Assembly (NCBI RefSeq): GCF_947568905.1 | Contig: NC_079165.1 | Coordinates: 105,648,001 to 105,712,000, forward strand | Length of the DNA: 64,000 nt | Reading direction: 5' to 3' | Source of the DNA: Ostrea edulis | Taxonomy: Eukaryota | Part shown: positions 27,455 to 40,956 of the stretch, one piece after another | Layout of the letters: the number at the start of each line of letters is the position of its first letter | Position numbering within the stretch: position 1 is the first letter of the stretch | Notes under the pieces: generated by a model | What the model was told of the DNA's origin: nothing | Seen by the model: the letters and a program-made list of their open reading frames with translations, nothing else | The model's database searches: none | Program-made: the position numbers and the translations under genes

Positions 27455-29556
27455 GTAAAAATTGTAATGGGTTTGGCTAATACGCAGTTTAAGCATTGCA
27501 AAGTTTTAACCAAATATTAATTCTTCCCATTGTTATAATCTAGTTATGATAATTTCAGGCATTATTAACAATCATTCGGAAAATTTATGAAACTTAATGA
27601 AAATTCTGTAACATTGATAAATCCATCTTGATAAAATTAGGTATGTAAAAGTGATTGATGATGATGCATATAAAAAAAAAGATGACTGCAGTCTATGGAT
27701 ACAAGGAAGTGTGGAGTCTTTCTGAAGCTCTTAAATACAGTGGGCTCTTTTTTCGTTCAAACTGAGTGTCATTTATACCTATACATAGATGAAGGATGAG
27801 TGTTCAAGTTTTAGCATCAGTATGATATTAACAGCTGGAAAATGAAGGAGTGAGCATCTTGACAGCTCTGCTGTTTAAATTTGAATTAATTACAATAAAC
27901 CACGTTATGACATCATCCTAACATAACATTTATCACTATCTACCTCGTAAGTGCAGAAAGGTCATCTGCAAAACTTTAGCTCTGTGGAAATAAATTTGGC
28001 TATCTAAAATATTATCCAGAGAGCTACAGTTCTGCAGCTTCAGCTATGTTGAACAGGCCTGAGGGGACTACACACACCAAAACATGGTGGTGTATTGCAT
28101 ATATATCAATTTTGTCTACTCATCTTTAAACAATGCGGGTTTCTCGTGAAAAGTTGTCTTGAAAAATGTGTTTCAATAATCAGGACCAGAGTGGTTTATG
28201 GCTACCATTACAACAGATTGCAAAACTAGTTGTGGAGTCCTGTTGGTTTTATCATAAATGAAATTCCTATAAGACATTGTGTTGTTCCTTCCTGTGGTTA
28301 CCCATATCTCATGCAGATTAAGAAATTATTCAGAGCAATTAATGTAAAAATTGAAAATTGATGATAATTTTCCTTGGAAAAAATGTCTTTTCTTTCGGAG
28401 ATATGCATGATAACATGTCTTTATACCATATTGTAATAGATATGGACCGTCTGATACAAAACAAAAACAAAAATTACACCTGTTTGGTCATTAGTTTAAT
28501 TTTGATTACACTGGAATTATTCATATGGAAATTACAACAATTTCATGTTCAGAGATATGCCATACTTCAATAATATCAGTTTCACATGAAAGTATTGTTG
28601 AGTAGTCCTAAAAGAGAGAAAAACTTGCATGACAGACTCCATTAAATTTCACTGATAAGGAAATAAACCAATGATGGGGCTCTCATGAGATGAGTCTGCC
28701 CCAAATATTCCAACAAATATATCTCTGCAGATTGCTTTTACTCAGGGCTTGCAAAACCAATGTTTGATGTATGTGCAAATTATTTGGACGAAATGGTCTT
28801 GGATTGCTGGAAATTTGATTTTAGGTCTGATACTGAAACAAAGAATGGTAATTATTCCGAGTTCAGAATAAAAAAATTTATGCTCACTTGTAACTTGGTA
28901 CAGACAGAATAGCTGCTAGTGGGGAAATTGGTTTGAGCTGTGTAGCATTTGATTGCTTTCTAATTGTGAGAAGTCATTTAGGTAGAATGAAGCATGTGAG
29001 GAAAAGGAGGACTTTGATGTTGAACATAGCCTGGTGGATAGATCAATTAGGACCGATAGTTTGAGTATTAATTGAAAGTTGACGAAGCACGTAGAGAAGT
29101 CCCAGAACATGCTGTGTCTTTATGTTCACAGGAAGTCTGATTGTTATCTTGTGAAGTGTTCATCTATCTGTTCATCACATTAATTCAGCCCCCTTCTCCA
29201 GGCAAATTTGAATCATTACTTACAAATTACTATAGAAACTTCAAAATGCCTTAATTGTCTCTCTGTTGCAAAAAGACTGTCTGTAATTTTATCTTCAGAT
29301 TTGCTTTTTGCAAGTACTCCTTAATTTATCTGTACACACTACCATACTGAAATTTATTGCAGGGTTTTTATTTTGTGTCAATTGTTTACAAAAACTGGTC
29401 ACTTTGTTTGAACAAGAGACCATTTTGCCGAATTTCAGATTTAATTTGGATTTTATATGTAGTCATGCCCTGCAGGCAAACTTGTTGAATTGATGTGTAA
29501 TCACATGTATGTGTTCTATATATGTACATCTTTATCGTGCTTGCAATCTCAACCAG

Positions 29557-29602
29557 CCCAGGGAAATTTGTCTCGCAACAAAGACAGGACAGACTTTCAA
29601 AT
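29557..29602 (+). CDS. ADCY9: ADCY9 putative exon 4 (46 nt)
   Basis: tctcaaccag|C...AAT|gtaact. Reads (A)PGKFVSQQRQDRLSN and converts phase 2 to phase 0 as needed to join exon 3 to exon 5. No homology support. Confidence 0.4.
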
Positions 29603-30541
29603 GTAACTCATGAAATCTTATGATGAAGGCTGATATGTAAATTTTGGAGTTGAACGTGAGGATATCGTGTCGGTATGGTGCTTCTCATTAGAGAAACTTT
29701 TCATGAGTTTTGCAAGCTGCTGAAACTGACAAAAATTTGTAGCTGAGACTTTTAAAATACATAGTCACATAAAACATGTTAAGGTTTTGTCAAAATTTCC
29801 ACCAAGGACTATTATGTATGGCTTGGGTATGGGTCTCTAAGTTGCAACACCCCACCCTTGAAAATAATCTAAAATCTTTTTAAACAAAGTTTACTTTAGT
29901 TTTATCGTGGGTGTGTACAACATGTACAACAAAATTGTTGGCAATCCTCAGATATGCTTGTCATAAATATTTTTGAAATAATGACGAAAGAGTGCATTTT
30001 TTTGGTATCATTTTCCTTTGCATAAATATACAGAGACTTTGTGCACTAGATTCGCATTACATTTCATTGATACTTCAGCAACAGAAACATCATTCTTGTT
30101 CATGAAGTTGATCTATTTTTGAAATCAAAATGAAGACTTCAAATTATGTTTTTGGTAAAAAAAAAAAAAAAAAAATTACAACAGACAATGAAATACCTAC
30201 CTCGATTTCTGACATTGTAAGACAAGAAATGAAAAAAAAAATGGCTAGTGAATATATTCATTGTTTAGTCACAAATCTTAAAGATTTCCTTTTGAAATTT
30301 CAGTATTTATGAAGGACATTGTCATTTTTTAAAAGTTAACATTGCTTTGGAAAATAATTTGAATTATGTAAAATCTAAATTATTGTCGTCACACTCTGTA
30401 GGACCCCCATGTGAAGGCTTAAATAGAAGGTGTTTATATTGTGAGTGAAAACTACTGTGTCAGATTTCCTGTGGAACCATTAGTTATCATCAAGCACAGC
30501 TCCACATAAGATAACTAATGTTTTTATTATTTACTTTGCAG

Positions 30542-30583
30542 ACATCAGAAAAGCACAGACTTTCCAACCACTTTGAATCCAAG
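30542..30583 (+). CDS. ADCY9: ADCY9 putative exon 5 (42 nt)
   Basis: Strong signals ttatttactttgcag|A...AAG|gtatgt. Phase 0 reading TSEKHRLSNHFESK. Confidence 0.6.
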
Positions 30584-30730
30584 GTATGTCCACATGCTAT
30601 GGTGAGTCTGTAAAATGGGTCAGTGTTATGTATTTAGCTAACTTACACAAATCGGTAACGATCAGCATCTGCAGTGATTTATTAGAAGCTTTGCTGTACC
30701 TCCGATTTTTATTTTTATGGAATTCCCACC

Positions 30731-30868
30731 AAAGATAGTACTTATGACTAACAAGTGATTAAATTTTGGGAGATATAAAGATAGTACTTATGACTAACAA
30801 GTGATTAAATTTTGGGAGATATAAAGATAGTACTTATGACTAACAAGTGATTAAATTTTGGGAGATAT
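30731..30868. repeat. Perfect 46-bp tandem triplication
   Basis: AAAGATAGTACTTATGACTAACAAGTGATTAAATTTTGGGAGATAT x3. Confidence 0.95.
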
Positions 30869-31423
30869 CTAATCATTGGATCCAAGGCTGCATTCAGGAT
30901 TATAGTGGATACACAAGGCTAGGAAATGCTAAAATATTAGGGGGGGGGGGGTATGTACATAAGATCTATACACACTATCCACACTTCAGGAGCCTGTGAT
31001 GAAATATAGTTTCGAAATGAACATATGAAAAATTCATATACATATGGACGACAGAAAATTACTAAAGAAACTTGATACACTGTATAACAGTGCGACTTTT
31101 TCCGGAAAATTGTTCTCCCCTGTAGGTCTTTTCTTTTGTTACCCTGAATTGTCTCCCTTATAGGTCTTTTCTTTTGTTACCCTGAATATATCCCTTGTCA
31201 CAGTAGTGTATCATTAGAGAGACATTGATACCAGACATCCTGCACCACTGAGTGGTTAATTGAACATTCTGTTTAATACAGCTAGAAATCTAGGACCTAG
31301 CGGCCAGCCTATCTGCTTCAATATTGATTGTATCCTAAGATTATTTGGAGGAGGGGAAGGGGGTTTGGAATGTGAAATACAAAGAGAGATAACTTCTGAA
31401 TTTTTTGTTGTTGACATTTTCAG

Positions 31424-31502
31424 TCTTCTGATGTGAACGGTATAACCCGTAACCTGCTGGGAAGAAGAAGTGTCAGCGATATTTCTCTGGAGCAGGATAA
31501 TG
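31424..31502 (+). CDS. ADCY9: ADCY9 putative exon 6 (79 nt)
   Basis: gacattttcag|TCT...AATG|gtaacg. Reads SSDVNGITRNLLGRRSVSDISLEQDN. Phase 0 to 1, matching the last exon. Confidence 0.6.
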
Positions 31503-32280
31503 GTAACGCTTGAGCTTCTAGCTTTGTCTCTCACTGCCAGTATCATTTCACTCCCATATATTCAGCTAACAGTTAAACATTGCTTAGTTCTGTTAATATG
31601 ATATGGCTATTGTTCACAGTGGGAGTTTACAATGCTGCGGTCTGCTGACAGTGCTTCAAGTTAATACATCTGAAATATCATAGATAATGATAGAGCACAA
31701 ACAGCAGTGTTATTACTGTAAGGAACAATGCACCTGTTACTATGTAATTATACAGTAGGCATACATTGCTGATCCGGTGGAAGAAGCCGAGACAAGACAG
31801 CAATATATTGATAAGGCTACATTACAGTAATAGATGAAGACTATGAAAAGTGATAGCAATCAGGATTTCAACCTTTGGCAACTTAAGCTTCATGTCTTCA
31901 TGATTATGTGAAAACATTGGTTGTAGGTTTTGAGGATGCATTACATGTCTTGGAATGCTACCTGAAAGCAACAGTGTGTTTGGGAAAAAACCAAGTGATG
32001 TGTTTTTGTCATAGTTTTATAAGGTGAGAGGGCATTTTTTAAGGGACCCTACATCAAAGTTATGGAAGCCTTATAGTAATGTCACCCGTCCTATACTTTC
32101 TGGATAGTAACCAGGTTATAGTTTTTACAGCAGATTAAATTGTTTTTAGTGTTCAGTTTTCAGGAATCTACTAATGTTTCTTGATTTAAACATGCATGGG
32201 TGTTGCATCTATGGAAACAAACAACCATATTTGATTCGGATGCTGCATCTGACCATTTTTTCTGTATCAATGACCAGGTT

Positions 32281-35200
32281 ATGGTGTTTACAACAGCTCC
32301 ATTCCCTATAGTGTTTACAACAGCTCCATTCCCTATAGTGTTTACAACAGCTCTATTCCTTATAGTGTTTACAACAGCTCTATTCCTTATAGTGTTTACA
32401 ACAGCTCCATTCTTTATGGTGTTTACAACAGCTCCATTCCTTATAGTGTTTATAACAGCTCTATTCCTTATAGTGTTTATAACAGCTCTATTCCTTATAG
32501 TGTTTACAACAGCTCTATTCTTTATAGTGTTTACAACAGCTCCATTCCCTATAGTGTTTACAACAGCTCTATTCCCTATAGTGTTTACAACAGCTCCATT
32601 CCTTATAGTGTTTACAACAGCTCTATTCTTTATAGTGTTTATAACAGCTCTATTCCTTATAGTGTTTATAACAGCTCTATTCCTTATAGTGTTTACAACA
32701 GCTCCATTCCCTATAGTGTTTACAACAGCTCCATTCCCTATAGTGTTTACAACAGCTCTATTCCCTATAGTGTTTACAACAGCTCCATTCCTTATAGTGT
32801 TTACAACAGCTCCATTCCTTATAGTGTTTACAACAGCTCTATTCTTTATAGTGTTTATAACAGCTCTATTCCCTATAGTGTTTACAACAGCTCTATTCTT
32901 TATAGTGTTTACAACAGCTCCATTCCCTATAGTGTTTACAACAGCTCCATTCCCTATAGTGTTTACAACAGCTCCATTCCTTATAGTGTTTACAACAGCT
33001 CCATTCCTTATAGTGTTTACAACAGCTCCATTCCCTATAGTGTTTACAACAGCTCTATTCCTTATAGTGTTTATAACAGCTCTATTCCTTATAGTGTTTA
33101 TAACAGCTCTATTCCTTATAGTGTTTACAACAGCTCTATTCTTTATAGTGTTTACAACAGCTCCATTCCTTATAGTGTTTACAACAGTTCCATTCCCTAT
33201 AGTGTTTACAACAGCTCTATTCTTTATAGTGTTTATAACAGCTCTATTCCTTATAGTGTTTACAACAGCTCTATTCTTTATAGTGTTTACAACAGCTCTA
33301 TTCTTTATAGTGTTTACAACAGCTCCATTCCTTATAGTGTTTACAACAGCTCTATTCTTTATAGTGTTTACAACAGCTCCATTCCCTATAGTGTTTACAA
33401 CAGCTCCATTCCCTATAGTGTTTACAACAGCTCCATTCCTTATAGTGTTTACAACAGCTCCATTCCTTATAGTGTTTACAACAGCTCCATTCCCTATAGT
33501 GTTTACAACAGCTCTATTCCTTATAGTGTTTATAACAGCTCTATTCCTTATAGTGTTTATAACAGCTCTATTCCTTATAGTGTTTACAACAGCTCTATTC
33601 TTTATAGTGTTTACAACAGCTCCATTCCTTATAGTGTTTACAACAGCTCCATTCCTTATAGTGTTTACAACAGCTCTATTCTTTATAGTGTTTATAACAG
33701 CTCTATTCCCTATAGTGTTTACAACAGCTCTATTCCTTATAGTGTTTACAACAGCTCCATTCCTTATAGTGTTTACAACAGCTCCATTCCTTATAGTGTT
33801 TACAACAGCTCCATTCCCTATAGTGTTTACAACAGCTCTATTCCTTATAGTGTTTATAACAGCTCTATTCCTTATAGTGTTTACAACAGCTCTATTCTTT
33901 ATAGTGTTTACAACAGCTCCATTCCTTATAGTGTTTACAACAGCTCCATTCTTTATGGTGTTTACAACAGCTCTATTCCTTATAGTGTTTATAACAGCTC
34001 TATTCCTTATAGTGTTTACAACAGCTCTATTCCTTATAGTGTTTATAACAGCTCTATTCCCTATAGTGTTTACAACAGCTCTATTCTTTATAGTGTTTAC
34101 AACAGCTCCATTCCCTATAGTGTTTACAACAGCTCCATTCCCTATAGTGTTTACAACAGCTCCATTCCTTATAGTGTTTACAACAGCTCCATTCCTTATA
34201 GTGTTTACAACAGCTCCATTCTTTATGGTGTTTACAACAGCTCTATTCCTTATAGTGTTTATAACAGCTCTATTCCCTATAGTGTTTACAACAGCTCTAT
34301 TCTTTATAGTGTTTACAACAGCTCCATTCCCTATAGTGTTTACAACAGCTCCATTCCCTATAGTGTTTACAACAGCTCCATTCCTTATAGTGTTTACAAC
34401 AGCTCCATTCCTTATAGTGTTTACAACAGCTCCATTCCCTATAGTGTTTACAACAGCTCTATTCCTTATAGTGTTTATAACAGCTCTATTCCTTATAGTG
34501 TTTATAACAGCTCTATTCCTTATAGTGTTTACAACAGCTCTATTCTTTATAGTGTTTACAACAGCTCCATTCCTTATAGTGTTTACAACAGTTCCATTCC
34601 CTATAGTGTTTACAACAGCTCCATTCCTTATAGTGTTTACAACAGCTCTATTCTTTATAGTGTTTATAACAGCTCTATTCCCTATAGTGTTTACAACAGC
34701 TCTATTCTTTATAGTGTTTATAACAGCTCTATTCCCTATAGTGTTTACAACAGCTCTATTCCTTATAGTGTTTACAACAGCTCCATTCCTTATAGTGTTT
34801 ACAACAGCTCCATTCCTTATAGTGTTTACAACAGCTCCATTCCCTATAGTGTTTACAACAGCTCTATTCCTTATAGTGTTTACAACAGCTCTATTCCTTA
34901 TAGTGTTTACAACAGCTCTATTCCTTATAGTGTTTATAACAGCTCTATTCCTTATAGTGTTTATAACAGCTCTATTCCCTATAGTGTTTACAACAGCTCC
35001 ATTCCTTATAGTGTTTACAACAGCTCTATTCTTTATAGTGTTTATAACAGCTCTATTCCTTATAGTGTTTATAACAGCTCTATTCCTTATAGTGTTTACA
35101 ACAGCTCCATTCCCTATAGTGTTTACAACAGCTCCATTCCCTATAGTGTTTACAACAGCTCTATTCCCTATAGTGTTTACAACAGCTCCATTCCTTATAG

Positions 35201-36922
35201 TGTTTACAACAGCTCCATTCCTTATAGTGTTTACAACAGCTCTATTCTTTATAGTGTTTATAACAGCTCTATTCCCTATAGTGTTTACAACAGCTCTATT
35301 CTTTATAGTGTTTACAACAGCTCCATTCCCTATAGTGTTTACAACAGCTCCATTCCCTATAGTGTTTACAACAGCTCCATTCCTTATAGTGTTTACAACA
35401 GCTCCATTCCTTATAGTGTTTACAACAGCTCCATTCCCTATAGTGTTTACAACAGCTCTATTCCTTATAGTGTTTATAACAGCTCTATTCCTTATAGTGT
35501 TTATAACAGCTCTATTCCTTATAGTGTTTACAACAGCTCTATTCTTTATAGTGTTTACAACAGCTCCATTCCTTATAGTGTTTACAACAGTTCCATTCCC
35601 TATAGTGTTTACAACAGCTCCATTCCTTATAGTGTTTACAACAGCTCTATTCTTTATAGTGTTTATAACAGCTCTATTCCCTATAGTGTTTACAACAGCT
35701 CTATTCTTTATAGTGTTTATAACAGCTCTATTCCCTATAGTGTTTACAACAGCTCTATTCCTTATAGTGTTTACAACAGCTCCATTCCTTATAGTGTTTA
35801 CAACAGCTCCATTCCTTATAGTGTTTACAACAGCTCCATTCCCTATAGTGTTTACAACAGCTCTATTCCTTATAGTGTTTATAACAGCTCTATTCCTTAT
35901 AGTGTTTACAACAGCTCTATTCTTTATAGTGTTTACAACAGCTCCATTCCTTATAGTGTTTACAACAGCTCCATTCTTTATGGTGTTTACAACAGCTCTA
36001 TTCCTTATAGTGTTTATAACAGCTCTATTCCTTATAGTGTTTACAACAGCTCTATTCCTTATAGTGTTTACAACAGCTCTATTCCTTATAGTGTTTATAA
36101 CAGCTCTATTCCTTATAGTGTTTATAACAGCTCTATTCCCTATAGTGTTTACAACAGCTCTATTCTTTATAGTGTTTATAACAGCTCTATTCTTTATAGT
36201 GTTTATAACAGCTCTATTCCTTATAGTGTTTACAACAGCTCTATTCTTTATAGTGTTTATAACAGCTCTATTCTTTATAGTGTTTACAACAGCTCTATTC
36301 CTTATAGTGTTTACAACAGCTCTATTCTTTATAGTGTTTATAACAGCTCTATTCCCTATAGTGTTTACAACAGCTCTATTCCTTATAGTGTTTACAACAG
36401 CTCTATTCCTTATAGTGTTTACAACAGCTCCATTCCCTATAGTGTTTACAACAGCTCCATTCCCTATAGTGTTTACAACAGCTCCATTCCCTATAGTGTT
36501 TATAACATCTCCATTCCTTATAGTGTTTACAACAGCTCCATTCCCTATAGTGTTTACAACAGCTCCATTCCCTATAGTGTTTACAACAGCTCCATTCCCT
36601 ATAGTGTTTACAACAGCTCCATTCCTTATAGTGTTTATAACAGTTCCATTCCTTATAGTGTTTACAACAGCTCCATTCCTTATAGTGTTTACAACAGCTC
36701 TATTCCTTATAGTGTTTATAACAGCTCTATTCCTTATAGTGTTTATAACAGCTCTATTCCTTATAGTGTTTACAACAGCTCTATTCCTTATAGTGTTTAC
36801 AACAGCTCCATTCCCTATAGTGTTTACAACAGCTCCATTCCTTATAGTGTTTATAACAGTTCCATTCCTTATAGTGTTTACAACAGCTCCATCCCTATAG
36901 TGTTTACAACAGCTCTATTCCT
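32281..36922. repeat. 27-bp minisatellite, ~172 units, in ADCY9 intron 6
   Basis: Unit ATAGTGTTTAYAACAGCTCYATTCYYT. Variants are almost all C/T. A single 1-bp deletion near 36890 ends the 1566-codon open frame. Confidence 0.98.
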
Positions 36923-38628
36923 CAGTAGCTTTTGTTCTGGCCTAATCTTGTGCTTCTATGGATACACATAACCATTCATCATTCAGACATTGCTTGTAAC
37001 TTGTATTTCTAAATAAGTTACACGATTGTCCTTTTTGGAGTAGGTTTATTCTAAAGCTTTTAAAATAGCTTCTCTTTGGTTTAGACTGTATGATTCTCAT
37101 TACAACTTCATAGAGTCCTTGTTATATGAAAATAAATAAATGATTCCATTCCCATTAAGAAGAACCTCATTGATAGGTTTTTTTTCTGGTAGACTCCTCT
37201 CATGAATTGGAACCTGCCCTGTGAGCTCTGTTGTCTTCTAACAACTCTTCTCACAAAATGTTGCACCTTTGAAATACAATGTGCAATATTATGATACTGG
37301 TACATATTTTTCTATTGGTTTTAAGGGCTTCTGGACTTCTGAGATCTACAGTCATATAAACACATTGAAGATACTCGTTTTTGCTTTGTCAGTTGTCAGT
37401 GCTTCTGATGCATTTTTTTAAAATGGAATGTAGATTGGTGGATTGCAAAATATGATTAAAAGATGTTGTATGTGTAGGAAGCTGTTGTGATATATTTCAC
37501 TCTGTATAAAAATATGTCAATCTCTACCAACAAGGGATAAAAAAGCCTTCAACCAATAGGTTATCAGTTACGAGTTCTTCTCTGTTGGAGGTATATTTAG
37601 TACAAGATCTGTCGGTCAAGAATGAACTTGAATGCATTTTGAAACTTGGGTATTAGGGCAGTCAAGTCTGCCGTCCATTAGCACTTTCCGAACAAAATCT
37701 GCAGTATTGCTAGCTCACCAGATGTAGTAGTGTTGACTCTCATTGACAGGACCAAGTTAAAGTTTTTGAAATGGCCCATTTCTTAAATTGTACTCACAAA
37801 ATGATCATGATTAATGTAAGATTATACAACAAGCTCCAGACTTTGTGCTTGTTTAAAACGATGGATTAAGGTACTGATATGAGGGTAAAAAATCAAGATC
37901 ACAGTAGTTCTTGCGATTGACTCTACTCGGGGGGGGGGGGGGGGGGGGGACTTGTCAATTATAGAGAACATTCTGAGGGTCAAAACTTCCATCAATCTCG
38001 TGAAGACAACTTTTTTGATTTGAATGACTTCCTGGCTAAATAAGGTAACAAATCATGCAAGTTTACCAATATACTGTGAATATTTAATGTGAGATATTCT
38101 CAGCTTCTGTCATCAGAAACATAGTCTGCTTTGCTAGTTAAGGTGTATGGGAGCCGTTGAGAAGCCTAATATACTCACAGCACCTGTGTGTAGTCTGAAA
38201 GATATAACCACTTTTCACACATTTAATCGCTTTTCATGGCCTTGGAAATAGGTAAATTTTATGACATTTTATGAGATGATTAAAAGGAAACTTGTACAAA
38301 TGTTGTAAAAATGATTTGACTGTCTTGAATTTCAAAATTTCATTAATTTCAATCTACTCAACTTTAGATCCTTCAATCCGCTTGCATTGTTTGCTAGACA
38401 AGATGTAGTGAACTCTAAGATTGAATCTCATTTTACAGCTCTATACTGTTAACAATATTACCCAATACAACAACACAAGTGAAGGAGGTATGCTACACCA
38501 GAAGTATTTGATGTGGATGAAAAGTGGAGGATATGTACAACAATATTTTGAAGTTGAAAATTTTCAAATTTACTTCATTTTGTCAAAAAATACAATTTTA
38601 GTAGAAGGTAATCTGAAAAAAAATTAAA

Positions 38629-38699
38629 ACCCCTGCTGGACTCGAACCTGTGACCTACAGTTCAGCAGTCGGCATTCTAACCTACTGAGCTACTTGGCT
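38629..38699 (-). pseudogene. tRNA-derived sequence inside a repeat that ends in a TTAA terminus (~38805)
   Basis: Reverse complement AGCCAAGTAGCTCAGTAGGTTAGAATGCCGACTGCTGAACTGTAGGTCACAGGTTCGAGTCCAGCAGGGG has A and B boxes, but the acceptor stem does not pair. Confidence 0.65.
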
Positions 38700-39673
38700 A
38701 GGTACTTTAATGGAAAAGGAAAAGTCAAATATTGCTGATATCGATTTTTTCATCCATGTTTTTATAGGAAGTCAGCCATTATGACGATGTAGAGTACTAC
38801 CTTAAGGTGATATAACACACCAAAAGTAATTAACCCATTAATCTGACCAGCTAGGTAACAAAATTTTAACTTGTCAAGGTATATGTGACGGATGTATATG
38901 TGACGGATCTATATATGCATTTTTAGTCAGCCTATATGGCAATGTGTTATTTTCCGAACTGCACAATAAATCAAAAGGGAGGCAACTCTTGTTTAACCAA
39001 CTACACATGTATGATATTTAGTGCTAGAAACGCTAGTCTTGCTAGTCCTTACTTATTTTTGCTTCCGTAAGTTTGAGAATTTTTAAAAACATATATTCAT
39101 GAATTCAGGAAACAGTTTTATATTAATTTAGATAACTACTGGTAAACACATGTTAGCAGCATTAGTACACAAAAAATTTTAAATTCTAAAATTTTCTTTG
39201 AAGAGAACTGTTTCGAATACGTGTCATTAAGGAAAGGTAATTGAGTGAATACTGTGTTTGTATGAATTAATGACATTGTAATTGCATTGGACAGGAAAAA
39301 TCGAAAGTTTAGTGATCGTTGATCCCAGTTTGCATATCAAAAATGGCTCTGCAGTTAGAACTGGAGATACAAAACTGACCAATGAAACGAAAGAAAGCAG
39401 CACCATTAAGTACAAAAAAGGTCACTAGCAGCAATGTATACATATTGTTTTTACATCTGTAAATGTCTTGTTAAAGTTCCTGCATTGTTGTTATTATATT
39501 TGGAATTTGTGCGCTATAATTTTTTTAAAATTTACATATTCCATTGCATGTAATGTTTACAATATTGTGGAATCAAAAATATGACTCAATGGTTTTAATA
39601 CATTTTCTTACTCACATGGTTGTTTTTTTCCCCTCACATACTCATTCATACACACTCCTATTTTTCAGAAATA

Positions 39674-40956
39674 CAGTGAAACTTCTCTAAACCGACCAGC
39701 TGTCGGACCAAAAAAACGGCCGGTTTAGAGGGGTGGCCGGTAAACTGAGAATTTAGCATTCAAAGATATTTCAGCTCAATTTGTATTAGATATTTCATTG
39801 ACATACCACAAACCATATAATATGGTGTTCAAGGACTATTATTTCACTATTGGAAATAAAACAAAATAATTTACTAACATGTTTATTTTCAATTTATAGC
39901 ACTAAAACTAATTAAATATGAATAAACATTTTTACATTGACATGCATAAATAATGGAAACATTCCGTTTAAATAAAACTGCATTTGATATATATGTATAG
40001 AAATCTGTAGACTAGCAGCATTTATGTAGAATTTCGGCTTCTGTTTTAATAAACAAAACAAACACATAGCCATTTGATTACTGCAATTAATACACAGAGT
40101 AGGTACTGCTCACTTTGACATGGGGATCTATGATCAATTATCGGTGGAGATCAAACTAGACCACTAGTACCTACAGGTAATTATTATGAGAAATAGTCTT
40201 GCTGCAATCATCTAATTTTAACCAAAAATTTATAACAGGATACATAAAGAAAACACAGAGGCCTATTATTGGAATTCCTCTTACCTATAAAAACTCTGTT
40301 TACGTCCATTGCTTATATCGTTAACAAATTTGTTTTGACATTTTTGAAAAGTATAGTAATTTTAATTTTGATGTTTCTTAGGAATTTTAAGTCTATGGAA
40401 ACCCCCCAAAAATCATTTATCTATTGAAAATTATCATTAACAGTCATGGGTTTGTTATTAATTAACTACCGCTTATATCCATGGTGCAACAATATGGCGT
40501 ATTGATTGTATTCATTCAATATGTGCATATCTGTTTATAACATTTCATACAGAAATTTGAAAGGGTCACTTGGATTAGCCAAGCACCAATTAACACCCTG
40601 GACAGCACAGGTAAACTATAGAACTTGTAGAGTCCACTTGTGTTTTTCACACCTCCAGTTGATAATTTCCCACCTGGCCAGTAGATCAGTCATTTTTCAC
40701 ACCTGGCCAGTCTTAATCACCACTCTGGCCAAAATTTTCTAGTATTCAAATTGTGACCTGTATTATAAGGGTAAATTACACATGTTTGTTAACAATTGTA
40801 CTTTAAAAACTGGCCGATGTCCGGTTTTCAGGGGTGGCCGGTTTTGTGAGACTTTCTTTGTAAGGAAATGTTAAGGTTTCTACTGGGACTTTGAAAATCG
40901 GCCGATATTCAGGGAGAACCGGTTTTCTGAGGGGCCGGTTTGGAGAAGTTTCACTG
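39674..40956. mobile_element. 1.28-kb non-autonomous Tc1/mariner (pogo/Tigger-like) element
   Basis: TIR CAGTGAAACTTCTCTAAACCGACC vs reverse complement of GGCCGGTTTGGAGAAGTTTCACTG. TA on both sides. Subterminal CCGGTTT repeats. No transposase ORF. Confidence 0.9.

Noticed and set aside
28986-29075. Coding-like stretch NEACEEKEDFDVEHSLVDRSIRTDSL as an ADCY9 exon
   Set aside because: The available donors give a phase incompatible with the next exon, and the splice signals are weak.
32200-36900. 1566-aa ORF as a stand-alone membrane protein gene
   Set aside because: It arises from a 27-bp unit that lacks a stop in one frame. It is intronic, has no convincing start context, and ends at a 1-bp deletion.
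38629-38699. Functional tRNA genes (also 45237-45325 and 45735-45806)
   Set aside because: Acceptor stems do not pair, and the sequences continue into repeat bodies.
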